A stretch of DNA of 37,133 bases. Source: an uncultured Chthonomonas sp. Lineage in GTDB: Bacteria > Armatimonadota > Fimbriimonadia > Fimbriimonadales > Fimbriimonadaceae. Below are positions 27,934 through 36,860 of this stretch, piece after piece. The position numbers were made by a program, and so were the translations under genes. Under the pieces are notes generated by a model. It had not been told where the DNA came from. It saw nothing but the letters and a program-made list of their open reading frames with translations, and searched no databases. The stretch is taken from positions 6,525-43,657 of the forward strand of contig CAZDWU010000004.1 of the NCBI GenBank assembly GCA_964509165.1, read 5' to 3'. How positions within the stretch are numbered: the first letter of the stretch is position 1; every line of letters begins with the position of its first letter.

Positions 27934-28143
27934 CCTCCCTCATCTCCAACCCCCCCTTTAGTAAAGTAGATGTTCCATATGACACGGAAATCGTGAGATA
28001 CTATTTTCGTGCGGTGTGTGGTTTTCGGGACACGTTCCTTCGATGAGTCCTCCTTGCGCGAGGCCAATACAAGCGCACGCCACGAACTTACTTTCATCCA
28101 GGAGAACCTGAGCGAGCGGACGGCGGGACTTTCCGCGGCGAAG

Positions 28144-28836
28144 CTAGCGGAGCCGCCAAATCGCCCGGGTGGAAACCGCTCCGAGCACTAAAGTGGCCAC
28201 GGTGGTGACCAAGAGCACGCCTACGGTGAGCCAGCCCGAGGTCTCCTTCTGTGAGCCCAACGCCGCCGCCATCACGCCGGTGCCAAAGACCACCACCGGC
28301 AAGCACAAAGGCAGCGAGATGACCAGGGCGATGAGCCAACGGTTCTGTGCCCCTGGCACCAGCGCCGAGGCCATGCCCACCGTGGCCGCTAGGGCCGCGC
28401 CGTAGGCCACCAGGCCGGCCAGCGCAATGAGGGGCTGGGTGACAGTGGCGTTGGTCAGGATAAAGAACGCCCCGCCCATAAGCAGGGCTTGGCCAATGCA
28501 CAGCACCATCCCCATCAGGGCTTTGGCCAAGAAGATCGCCCCCGGGTCGGCCCACAGGCGCAGGGTGTCCAGGGTGCCCTGTTCGTCTTCGGTCAGGAAC
28601 AGGCGCGGCACCGCAATCATCACCGAGAACAGCACCACCACCGCCAGTTGTGCACTCGCCACGGCCGGAGTGAGCCGCTCGGTGGAGGCGGGCATGGTGA
28701 GCGCCACCACGGCCAAAAAGCCAAAGAGCGTGGCGGCCAGAAGCCCGTTACGTGAGCGCAACTCACTCTGCCACTCCTTGCGCCACAGGGCGCGGAGTTC
28801 ACTTCGGTTCGCCGAGCGTGATGGCGCAGGTGCCAA
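28144..28836 (-). CDS. ccmB: Heme exporter / cytochrome c maturation permease CcmB
   Basis: KEW.SELR, F..E.E.GT...LRL, KA, LP..LP motifs; about 6 TM segments; TTG start with AAGGAGG SD. Confidence 0.8.
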   Translation of the reverse strand: MAPAPSRSANRSELRALWRKEWQSELRSRNGLLAATLFGFLAVVALTMPASTERLTPAVASAQLAVVVLFSVMIAVPRLFLTEDEQGTLDTLRLWADPGAIFLAKALMGMVLCIGQALLMGGAFFILTNATVTQPLIALAGLVAYGAALAATVGMASALVPGAQNRWLIALVISLPLCLPVVVFGTGVMAAALGSQKETSGWLTVGVLLVTTVATLVLGAVSTRAIWRLR

Positions 28837-29395
28837 ACCGGTGGTCCTCCTTGTCGTTGGTCGCAATGATGGTGGCCCCCATCTGGCGGTGCTCTTGCAG
28901 GGCCTCTTGCCACAGGGCGCGACCCGCATCGTCCAGGGCGGCGCTGGGCTCGTCCATCAGCAGCAAGTCAGGGCGGGCCTGCAGGGCCAGGGCCAGCTTC
29001 AGGCGCGCCCGCTGGCCGGTGCTCAGGGTGCCGGTGGCTTGCCGGGCCTGGGGGTGCAGTTGCATCCGCCGCAGCCACATGTCGGCCTCGGGCGCCACGC
29101 CTCGCAGTTGGGCAGCCAGTTCCAGGTGCTCTGTGGGCGTAAGGGCGCTGTAAAGGGATTGATCGAGCGCGGTGAATCCCACTCGGTGGAGGCCGGGGCG
29201 GGACACGCTCCCCAGCGTGGGCGCCACCAGGCCGCTCACCACCTTTAGCAAGGTGGATTTGCCGCTCCCATTGGGGCCAATGAGCAGCAGCACGTCCCCC
29301 ACGCCAAGTTCAAACGTCACGCCCCGGAAGAGCCACCGCCCTCCCAGTTCCTTGCCCAGCCCCTCGGCGCTCACCAGGGCGTTCAGTTCGGCCAC
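28799..29395 (-). CDS. ccmA: ABC ATPase CcmA (heme exporter protein A)
   Basis: GPNGSGKST, LSTGQ, LLMDEP; directly upstream of ccmB; GTG start with GGAGG SD. Confidence 0.8.
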   Translation of the reverse strand: MAELNALVSAEGLGKELGGRWLFRGVTFELGVGDVLLLIGPNGSGKSTLLKVVSGLVAPTLGSVSRPGLHRVGFTALDQSLYSALTPTEHLELAAQLRGVAPEADMWLRRMQLHPQARQATGTLSTGQRARLKLALALQARPDLLLMDEPSAALDDAGRALWQEALQEHRQMGATIIATNDKEDHRFGTCAITLGEPK

Positions 29396-30120
29396 GGCTG
29401 CAGTCCTCCCGCCAGGGTCGTCCCATCCCACTCGTAAACGCCCACAAAGCGGGCATGCGAGCCTCCCTGGGCAATCCAGGTGCGCCCCACCTGCTCTGAC
29501 ATCATCAAGACGTCGTGCGAGTGCCCACCAAAGATCACGTCAAACACTCCCGTGGCCGCCAGCTCACGATCTTGGCGCAGCCCGATGTGGGTGAGGGCAA
29601 AGAGGTGGTCCACCTGGGGGCGTAGCTCTTCGGCCAGGCGCAGGGCCGTCTCCTGGGGCGGATCCCACAGAAAGTGGCTCAGCGGGGCCGTTTTCATGCG
29701 TCGGGTTACCATTGCCACGCTTACGGCCACTACGCCCACGCGGCCCGCCGCCGTCTCCAAAACCAGGGTGCGGGGCAAGTAGTCGCCGCCATCCTTGTCC
29801 ACCAGGTTGCCGCAAAGCACGGGGTGTTGGTGACCCTCAAGTTTTTTGCTGAAGACGGCGCGCAAAACGTGGGTCTCGCGGTTGCCAATCACGCTCGCGC
29901 TGCAGTTCAAATCCGCCAAGTGAGCCCAGGCTTCATCCCGCTGCAGAGGCACAGCGAGGTTACCGGCGGTGATGAGATCGCCGGTATCAAAGTAGAGGTC
30001 GGCCGCCTCGCGCAAAGGTCGCAAGGCATGGGCACGCGTTTCGGTCAAACGGCCGTGCAGGTCGTTTGTGTGAAGAATCCGTAACGAGCCGTTACTTAAG
30101 GCGCTGGGCGAGGACGTCAA
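29383..30120 (-). CDS. Calcineurin-like metallophosphoesterase (5'-nucleotidase N-terminal-like domain only)
   Basis: ILHTNDLHG, DTGD, GNRE, THIG, GGHSH; start codon uncertain. Confidence 0.85.
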   Translation of the reverse strand: MTSSPSALSNGSLRILHTNDLHGRLTETRAHALRPLREAADLYFDTGDLITAGNLAVPLQRDEAWAHLADLNCSASVIGNRETHVLRAVFSKKLEGHQHPVLCGNLVDKDGGDYLPRTLVLETAAGRVGVVAVSVAMVTRRMKTAPLSHFLWDPPQETALRLAEELRPQVDHLFALTHIGLRQDRELAATGVFDVIFGGHSHDVLMMSEQVGRTWIAQGGSHARFVGVYEWDGTTLAGGLQPWPN

Positions 30121-30334
30121 GCAGAATCGTCAAGCCAACAAAGGAGAGACCCAACCCCATGATCCAGCGGGAGATTTGGTCTTCAAAGCTCGCTTTCCCC
30201 TTAAATGTGGTCCGCACGCCTCCACCCCCGCTGGACATGGCGTCGCCCTTACCGGTGACGAACACCAGCAGGATAAAGAGCACCGCCACCAGCCCGGTGA
30301 TGCCGAGGAGAACGTTGTAGATAGTTTGATTCAT
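30092..30334 (-). CDS. secG: Preprotein translocase subunit SecG
   Basis: 80 aa with two TM segments separated by a Gly-rich loop (GKGDAMSSGGGG..F). Confidence 0.7.
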   Translation of the reverse strand: MNQTIYNVLLGITGLVAVLFILLVFVTGKGDAMSSGGGGVRTTFKGKASFEDQISRWIMGLGLSFVGLTILLDVLAQRLK

Positions 30335-31485
30335 GGTCCAAAAGGAAGGAGAAGAGCGGAGATTACCCGCTGGGTGGCGGGCACCCGAAGGACTTCATAC
30401 GCGGCCAGGGCCACCAGTTGGGCCAGGGTCGCCCCGACCATGATTTGCAAGATGCCGGAATGAAGCAGTTTGCGGGGCACCGAGGCGGGCGGAATGTACT
30501 GATTCTCGTACTTCTGCAGCAGGTCGCGGCCGGCGGCGACCCCCAGCGCGATGTGCTTGGCCTTGGCCGGGGCGGTGGTGCCCCACATTTGCACAAACGA
30601 CCCCAGGGGCCGGAAGAGCGTGACCGTCACCAACACCGCCATGAGCAGGCGCAACTCCTGTTCGGCGGGCCAGGGCGAGTTCAAAACTCCGAGGAAAAGC
30701 GAGGCCCCAATGGCGAGATTGGTGCCGCAGCGGGGGTGAACGCGCGGCATGCGGGCCACCACTTCGGGCGTGATGGCTTCGTTTTGCTCGATGGCGTGCA
30801 CCGTCATGTGCTCGGCAGCGTGAATCTTGGCGAGCGGGGAGAGCCGCAGAGCCAAGAGGAAGAAAACGAACGACATCAGGTCGTAAATCCAGGGGATTTG
30901 CGCCTTCGTTGGCAGGGCTAAGAAGGCAAGCAGCGCCACGTGCGCCCCCACGAAGAAGAGCCCGAAGAGGTAGGCCCCGCTGGCGATGAGCGCCCACATC
31001 GGCACCCCGCCACTGGCCGCACCGGTGGTGAGATACACCCCAAACGGAGTGGCCATGCCTCCTACTTGTCGGGGTCGGTTTTCGAACTCGAGGGGAGTGA
31101 CCAGCAGGCGCGGGGTGACGAGGCCGACAAACTGGCGATCTGGCCCCACCACGGCCACGGCGCTCAGCTCGTGCTCCACCATCGTGCGCAGGGCGGCGGC
31201 GCCGGTTTCGGCGGGGGAGAGCGTGGGGTCTTGGGTGCGTACCCAAGGCTCCACCACGTCATCGGGGGTGGCACCGGAGGCAAGTGCCCGGGCTAAATCT
31301 CGCTCGGTGACGAGGCCCATGTACTGCCCATCCTGGATGACGGGGATGGCCCCGAGGCCTTCTTCGGCGAGCCGCGCCGCCGCCAAACGCAAGGTGTTAC
31401 TGGGCGAAATGACGCTCGCCGCCACCGCCAGCCGGTAGAGCGGCTCGGTTACGGGATCCAAACGGGGCGTCAACCTCGCGTTCAC
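30331..31485 (-). CDS. CBS-pair plus DUF1385 membrane protein fusion
   Basis: N-terminal CBS pair (IPVI..G.YMGLVTERDL; VAVV....VGLVT); C-terminal HAAEH....H..E and HPRCGT motifs with TM helices. Confidence 0.8.
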   Translation of the reverse strand: MNARLTPRLDPVTEPLYRLAVAASVISPSNTLRLAAARLAEEGLGAIPVIQDGQYMGLVTERDLARALASGATPDDVVEPWVRTQDPTLSPAETGAAALRTMVEHELSAVAVVGPDRQFVGLVTPRLLVTPLEFENRPRQVGGMATPFGVYLTTGAASGGVPMWALIASGAYLFGLFFVGAHVALLAFLALPTKAQIPWIYDLMSFVFFLLALRLSPLAKIHAAEHMTVHAIEQNEAITPEVVARMPRVHPRCGTNLAIGASLFLGVLNSPWPAEQELRLLMAVLVTVTLFRPLGSFVQMWGTTAPAKAKHIALGVAAGRDLLQKYENQYIPPASVPRKLLHSGILQIMVGATLAQLVALAAYEVLRVPATQRVISALLLPFGP

Positions 31486-31512
31486 AGAGGTTGAGGATAG
31501 CAGGAATTGGCG

Positions 31513-32115
31513 TTAGTCGAAGTCGTCAAAGGCATCTTGCGTCAGGCCAATCACCCAAATCATGAGGGCGTTCGTCACCACGGTCATCAAGCCGTTGGCA
31601 AACACGGCGAACCCAAACTGGCCATCCACAATGAGGGCAAACAGGCTGAATCCGATCATCAACAGACCAAAAGCGAGCCCGATGAAGCAGATGGTGTTGA
31701 CAATTCGCCGAATTCGATTGACCTTAAGGAGTAACCCCACCCCCAGCAGCGCCTGCACGATGCCCCAGCAGGAACCGCCGACGCCCGCGCCCATCAAGGC
31801 CGGCAGGGCGATGGAGGCGATCCCCGCCAGAACCCAGTAGCCGCTAATCACGTAGTACAGCGGCCAGGCAAACGGCGGCGCTTTGCCCGAATAGCTGAAC
31901 CCCATCACCTCTTTGGTGCTGCGGGCCATGTACATCACGTTGGTGCCGCAACTAGGGCAGATCTCGGTGGTGTCCTTCAGGATCATTTCGCAGTTCGGGC
32001 ACACGTTGGTGCGCTTCTCCACGTAGCCCTGGGTGGCACGCACCACACAACCGCAAAACATGCACTGGTCCACGTGGTGGGGGATGGTTTTTTCGCAGTT
32101 AGGGCACTTCGTCAT
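31513..32115 (-). CDS. Double zinc-ribbon membrane protein
   Basis: Four CxxC pairs (CPNC, CMFC, CPNC, CPSC) followed by about 4 TM helices. Confidence 0.8.
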   Translation of the reverse strand: MTKCPNCEKTIPHHVDQCMFCGCVVRATQGYVEKRTNVCPNCEMILKDTTEICPSCGTNVMYMARSTKEVMGFSYSGKAPPFAWPLYYVISGYWVLAGIASIALPALMGAGVGGSCWGIVQALLGVGLLLKVNRIRRIVNTICFIGLAFGLLMIGFSLFALIVDGQFGFAVFANGLMTVVTNALMIWVIGLTQDAFDDFD

Positions 32116-32139
32116 GGGGTCACCACGCCAAGCTCTGTG

Positions 32140-33708
32140 CTACCACATAGCGCGTAAAGTTGGCCACTGGGTTTCCACGCCTTCACTCTCAAGGAATTGC
32201 TGAAAAGCTTTGGTTTCTTCAGCGGATTCGTAAATCTGGTGCGGGGTCTTGTCTTCCTTGAGGCAATAGCCCACTAAGAGCCCAGCCGCTTCACCAATCA
32301 CCCATTCCACCGGGTGCAACCGGGTGCAACCATTGGTGATGTGCGTCACACCTATGCCCTTGCCGGCCGCAATGACGTTGGTGACCCGTTCGGGCAGCAA
32401 GGCCCCGAGGGGGATTTGGAACGGCAAAGCGCGGGCTTCCAGGCCCATCTCGCCGTTGGCGGCGGGGTGCAGGTCAATGGCATAGCAACCAATGCCCACG
32501 GCATCGGGGTACTCCACCGCGCGGTCGCGGCCGGGGTTGCAGGCCTCCGAGACATCCTGCTCTCGCATGGTGAACCTCGCCTTCAGTCGCCGCCCTTCGC
32601 GGTGATACGGGGCCTTGGCCAGGCCATCGGGAGTGCCGCTGATCTCGGGGGCGAGCCGGAGGTCGGGGTAGCCCACGCCGCCATCGGGGCGCGGAGCTTC
32701 GGTGCGCAGCCAATGGAAGAGGCTGAGCGAGAGCTGCCGGGCGTCGTGCATCCGAGCTTGGCGCTCCTCTTCGGTGACCTCGACGATGGCCCCGGCTTGG
32801 AAGTCGTTCTGCGGCCAGTTGACCAGCGTGGCGGCGGAGCGCCCGTCCGTGAAGTGTTCGGGGTCCGCGCACTGGCGGTAAGTGAAGAGGTTTTGCGACC
32901 ATTCCCCTTCAATGCCAAAGGGGCGCGTGGTTTTGTGCCGACGGTCGTAGTAGTTCCAACCAATCTGCGGATAGGGCCACTCTGGCGGCGCAAAATGTCG
33001 CCATTTCTCGTAGTCGGCCGGGGGCTCGGCGACGGCGTGGGGGTCGCCCCCAAAACTCATGGCAAACACCCAGGTGAACGACTGAATCCGGCCCGGATCG
33101 GCTTCCCCTTCGAGGGCATGAGGCTCATCGGTTTCAGCGCGGCTTTCGGCTCCAATCTTGTATTCAATGCCCGCTAGCGGGTAGAGGTCGCCCACTTCCG
33201 TGGCTTCCAGAATATAGGTCGGCAAGACCTCCGTTTCCTCTCCCGTTTGGTGGTCGCGCACGGTGACCCCCACCACTCGGTCGCCGTCCACTTGGGCGGC
33301 AATCGGTTCGGTGTTCAGCAGCACTTGCAGGCGTCCGGTGGCGCGGGTCGCGCCCAAAGATTCCTCCAGCACCCGGTGCGCCACGCGGGGGTCCACGCAA
33401 ATGCGGCTCACCCACCCGTTCCCCGGGTTCAGGTAGAGCTTGCGGCGGGCCGGCAGGGTGAGGTTTTCGTGCATGCGGTAGTGATCGCGCATGGCGCGGC
33501 GGAAGGCACGGAACCGTTCACTGCTACCAAATCGCTCGATCCAGGGGTGCTCGTCGCTCGGCACCATCTGGCTGGTGAACTGCCCGCCGATCCAGTCCGT
33601 GGGTTCGGTCATCACCACCCGGAGCCCGCTCACGGCCAGCGCCTGCGCCGCCGCGCAACCCCCGGTCCCGCCGCCGAGAATCAGTACATCACACCGGATC
33701 GTTGCCAT
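32140..33708 (-). CDS. FAD-dependent oxidoreductase (FAD_oxidored/PF12831-like)
   Basis: DVLILGGGTGG, E.TDWIGGQ, REGRR, YAIDLHP, PFQIP.GAL.P, RLHP.EW.IGEAAG. Confidence 0.85.
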   Translation of the reverse strand: MATIRCDVLILGGGTGGCAAAQALAVSGLRVVMTEPTDWIGGQFTSQMVPSDEHPWIERFGSSERFRAFRRAMRDHYRMHENLTLPARRKLYLNPGNGWVSRICVDPRVAHRVLEESLGATRATGRLQVLLNTEPIAAQVDGDRVVGVTVRDHQTGEETEVLPTYILEATEVGDLYPLAGIEYKIGAESRAETDEPHALEGEADPGRIQSFTWVFAMSFGGDPHAVAEPPADYEKWRHFAPPEWPYPQIGWNYYDRRHKTTRPFGIEGEWSQNLFTYRQCADPEHFTDGRSAATLVNWPQNDFQAGAIVEVTEEERQARMHDARQLSLSLFHWLRTEAPRPDGGVGYPDLRLAPEISGTPDGLAKAPYHREGRRLKARFTMREQDVSEACNPGRDRAVEYPDAVGIGCYAIDLHPAANGEMGLEARALPFQIPLGALLPERVTNVIAAGKGIGVTHITNGCTRLHPVEWVIGEAAGLLVGYCLKEDKTPHQIYESAEETKAFQQFLESEGVETQWPTLRAMW

Positions 33709-33717
33709 AAACCGCCC

Positions 33718-34053
33718 TTACGAGACGCGCACCGCGTCGGGGAAGTCGCGATAAAGTCCGCTCCGGAAGTCTTGCACCCGCGAGTAGACCTCGATGTGCA
33801 ATCGCTCCAGCTCCCCGCTGCGCCGGGCCGCGTGCGTGAAAGCGGCCTCCAATTGCGTGAGGTTCTGGGTGCGAATCTGGATCATAAACTCCCCGAGCTC
33901 CGCGGGGCCGAAGCCAAACTGCCGCCGCTGGATGCTCCACGATTCCAGGGTGCCCTCCTGCTGCAAGGCCCCGAGGTAGGCGTTCACGGCCGCCACCAGT
34001 TCCAGGTCCTTGGCGCCGGGGGCGAGGTTCACCCAAATCGCGTAGGTGTTCAC
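33718..34053 (-). CDS. Conserved hypothetical protein (DUF6614-like)
   Basis: Y.IW..L..G..D, RR..GFG, EF.I, QL..AF, LYRDFPD pattern; the family assignment is from recollection; GTG start preceded by TGGTAATTT. Confidence 0.7.
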   Translation of the reverse strand: MNTYAIWVNLAPGAKDLELVAAVNAYLGALQQEGTLESWSIQRRQFGFGPAELGEFMIQIRTQNLTQLEAAFTHAARRSGELERLHIEVYSRVQDFRSGLYRDFPDAVRVS

Positions 34054-34160
34054 AGCTTCAAAATTACCAGTTCTTTCGCCAGCCCGCTCTACCAAGCATA
34101 GAAGCCAAGCCCCTCCGACCCCGAACCCGCAGGCCGCACCGGTATCCTGTCAGCTTCGGT

Positions 34161-36845
34161 ATGAACGTCCGAGACCTCCGCGCGAAATACTTGGCCTTCT
34201 TTCAGTCCAAGGGCCACCAGGCATACCCTTCCGGGCGCCTGATTCCGTACGACGTCACCGGGCGACTCGACGAATCCCTGCTGTTCAACGGCGCGGGGAT
34301 GGTGCAGTTCAAGCCGTACTTCCGGGGCGTGGCCGAGCCCCCCTCCCGCCGCCTGACGAACGCCCAAAAGTGCCTCCGCACCGGGGACATTGAAGAGGTC
34401 GGCGACTCCAGCCACCTCACCTTCTTCGAGATGCTGGGCAACTTCTCGTTTGGGGATTACTTTAAGGAAGAAGCCATTGCCTTCAGCTGGGAGTTCCTCA
34501 CCGGCGCGGAGTGGCTGAACCTAGACCCGCGCCGCCTCGCCTTCACGGTCTTTACGGAGGACGATGTAGCCGAGGCCGCCTGGGCCAAGCACCTGCAAGG
34601 CGTGGGGATTGACGCCAAGGAGCGGGTGTTCCGCCTGGGCGAAGAGACCAACTACTGGCCGGCGGGTGCCTTCAGCAAGGGCCCCCCAGGTCCGTGTGGG
34701 CCGAACTCGGAGATGTTCTACTGGGTGTCCAACGATGTGCCGCCCCCGTCGGGGCCGTACACGGTCGAGGACTACCTGCGCGACGAGGCCGCCGGAATGT
34801 GGCTGGAGATCTGGAACGACGTGTTCATCCAGTACGAGTGGCAAGGCGAGCCGCAGGACAAGGGCTACCGCAAGACCGGCATGCCGCCGCTCCCCTTCGC
34901 CAGTGTGGACACCGGGATGGGGCTGGAGCGCACCGCTGCTGTGCTGGGCGGGCACCGCAGTGTGTACGACACGGACGGATTCACGGCGATCTTTGCCCGC
35001 ATCCAAGAGCTTGGCGGCCCCAAGTACGGGGGCGAGCAAGACCGTGCCCTGCGCATCGTGGCCGACCACCTGCGCGCCGCCACCTTCTGCATTGCCGACG
35101 GCATCCTGCCGGGCAACACGGGCCGGGGCTATGTGCTCCGCCGCCTGATCCGCCGCGCCGTTCTGCAGGGCCAGCGTAAGCTTGGGTTCAGTGAACCGTT
35201 CCTGGCCGAGGCCGCTACCGGCGTGATGACGGCGCTGGGCGACCACTACACCGAACTCAACGAGCACCGCGCCACCATCCAGCAGACGCTGCGCCAAGAG
35301 GAAGATCAGTTCCGGCGCACGCTGGCCCAAGGGAGTGAGCTGCTGGCCCGCGAACTCGAAGGCGTGCAGGGCACGCTGCCGGGGGACGTCGCGTTCCGGC
35401 TGTACGACACCTACGGTTTCCCGCTTGAAATCACCCGCGAACTCGCCCAAGAACAGGGCGTGACGGTCGATGAAGACGGCTACGAGGTGGCCATGCAAGC
35501 CGCCCAGGCCCGCAGCCGAGGGGCGAGTGAAATGGATGACGTGTACGCCGGGGTGGACGGGGCGACTTGGTCGCACCCGGTGACGCCGACGGAGTTCACC
35601 GGCTACGCCGCGACGTCCGGCACGGGGGTGGTTCTCGCCACGCGGCCCGCGGAGGGCGGCGCTTGGCTTGCGCTGGATTCGACGCCCTTCTACGCGGAAT
35701 CGGGCGGGCAACAAGCCGACTGGGGCACGCTCACGGTAGGAGGGCAAAGTTGGCCGGTCACGGATGTGCAGAAGGCCGACGGCGTGTGGGCGCATCGCGT
35801 CCAGGGCCAGGTGCCGAGCGAAGTGGTGGGGCAAACCGCCACCCTGGCCGTAGACGAAGCCCGGCGCGCCGACATCACGCGCCACCACACCGCCACCCAC
35901 CTGCTGCACGCGGCCTTGCGCGAACGACTAGGGGCGCACGTCACTCAGGCGGGCTCCTTGGTGGCCCCGGATCAGCTGCGGTTCGACTTCACCCACGGCC
36001 AGGCCCTGACGCCGGAAGACTTGCGCGCGGTGGAAGACCGCGTGAACGAGCACGTGCTCAGCGCCCAGCCGGTGGTGATCTATGAAGATGTGCCGCTAGA
36101 CGAGGCCCGCGCGATGGGAGCGATGGCCCTCTTCGGCGAGAAGTATGCCGACCGCGTGCGCGTGGTCCAGATCGGAGGCATGGCGCCGGAGATTGCGAGC
36201 TTCAGCCGCGAACTCTGCGGCGGTATCCACGTGCCCAACACGGGGGCGATTGGCCAGTTCCGGATTCGGCACGAGGGCTCGGCGGCCAGCGGCATCCGGC
36301 GCATCACCGCCGTGTGCGGACGCGCGGCCCTGCAAATGGCGCAAGCCGATACGGACAGCCTGCAAGCGGCGGCCCACCGGCTGAAAACCAGCCCGGCCGA
36401 GCTCCTGACCGCGATTGACCGCACGCTGGACACCCTGCGCGAAGAACGGCGCAAGCGCGAACAGATGGCGGCCACCGGCGCGGGCCAGGCCGAAGCCACC
36501 GAAACCCCGGTGGCGGGCGTGAACCTGAAGCGACTGGTGATGAAATCCGGCGAAGCCGAAGACGCCAAGCGCGCCGCCGACCGGCTGGTGGACAATGCCC
36601 CCCTGGCCGTGGTGGTGGTGGGCATCGCCATTGAGGGCAAGGTGCAGTTCGTCGCCAAGATTGGTGCGGAAGCCCAGGCCCAGGGCGCCCACGCGGGCAA
36701 CCTGGTGCGGGAGTTGGCCAAGCTGACCGGTGGCGGGGGCGGAGGCCGAGCGGACTTCGCCACGGCGGGCGGCCGCGACGCCACCCAACTGGACGCGGCG
36801 ATGGCGGCGGCCGAAGGCCTTCTGCAGGCCCAACTCGGCGCCTGA
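34161..36845 (+). CDS. alaS: Alanine--tRNA ligase
   Basis: AGMVQFK, H.TFFEMLGNFSFGDYFK, DTGMGLER, HTATHLL, ELCGG.H, GGGGG.A. Confidence 0.98.
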   Translation: MNVRDLRAKYLAFFQSKGHQAYPSGRLIPYDVTGRLDESLLFNGAGMVQFKPYFRGVAEPPSRRLTNAQKCLRTGDIEEVGDSSHLTFFEMLGNFSFGDYFKEEAIAFSWEFLTGAEWLNLDPRRLAFTVFTEDDVAEAAWAKHLQGVGIDAKERVFRLGEETNYWPAGAFSKGPPGPCGPNSEMFYWVSNDVPPPSGPYTVEDYLRDEAAGMWLEIWNDVFIQYEWQGEPQDKGYRKTGMPPLPFASVDTGMGLERTAAVLGGHRSVYDTDGFTAIFARIQELGGPKYGGEQDRALRIVADHLRAATFCIADGILPGNTGRGYVLRRLIRRAVLQGQRKLGFSEPFLAEAATGVMTALGDHYTELNEHRATIQQTLRQEEDQFRRTLAQGSELLARELEGVQGTLPGDVAFRLYDTYGFPLEITRELAQEQGVTVDEDGYEVAMQAAQARSRGASEMDDVYAGVDGATWSHPVTPTEFTGYAATSGTGVVLATRPAEGGAWLALDSTPFYAESGGQQADWGTLTVGGQSWPVTDVQKADGVWAHRVQGQVPSEVVGQTATLAVDEARRADITRHHTATHLLHAALRERLGAHVTQAGSLVAPDQLRFDFTHGQALTPEDLRAVEDRVNEHVLSAQPVVIYEDVPLDEARAMGAMALFGEKYADRVRVVQIGGMAPEIASFSRELCGGIHVPNTGAIGQFRIRHEGSAASGIRRITAVCGRAALQMAQADTDSLQAAAHRLKTSPAELLTAIDRTLDTLREERRKREQMAATGAGQAEATETPVAGVNLKRLVMKSGEAEDAKRAADRLVDNAPLAVVVVGIAIEGKVQFVAKIGAEAQAQGAHAGNLVRELAKLTGGGGGGRADFATAGGRDATQLDAAMAAAEGLLQAQLGA

Positions 36846-36860
36846 CGCACGGAACCCGGC

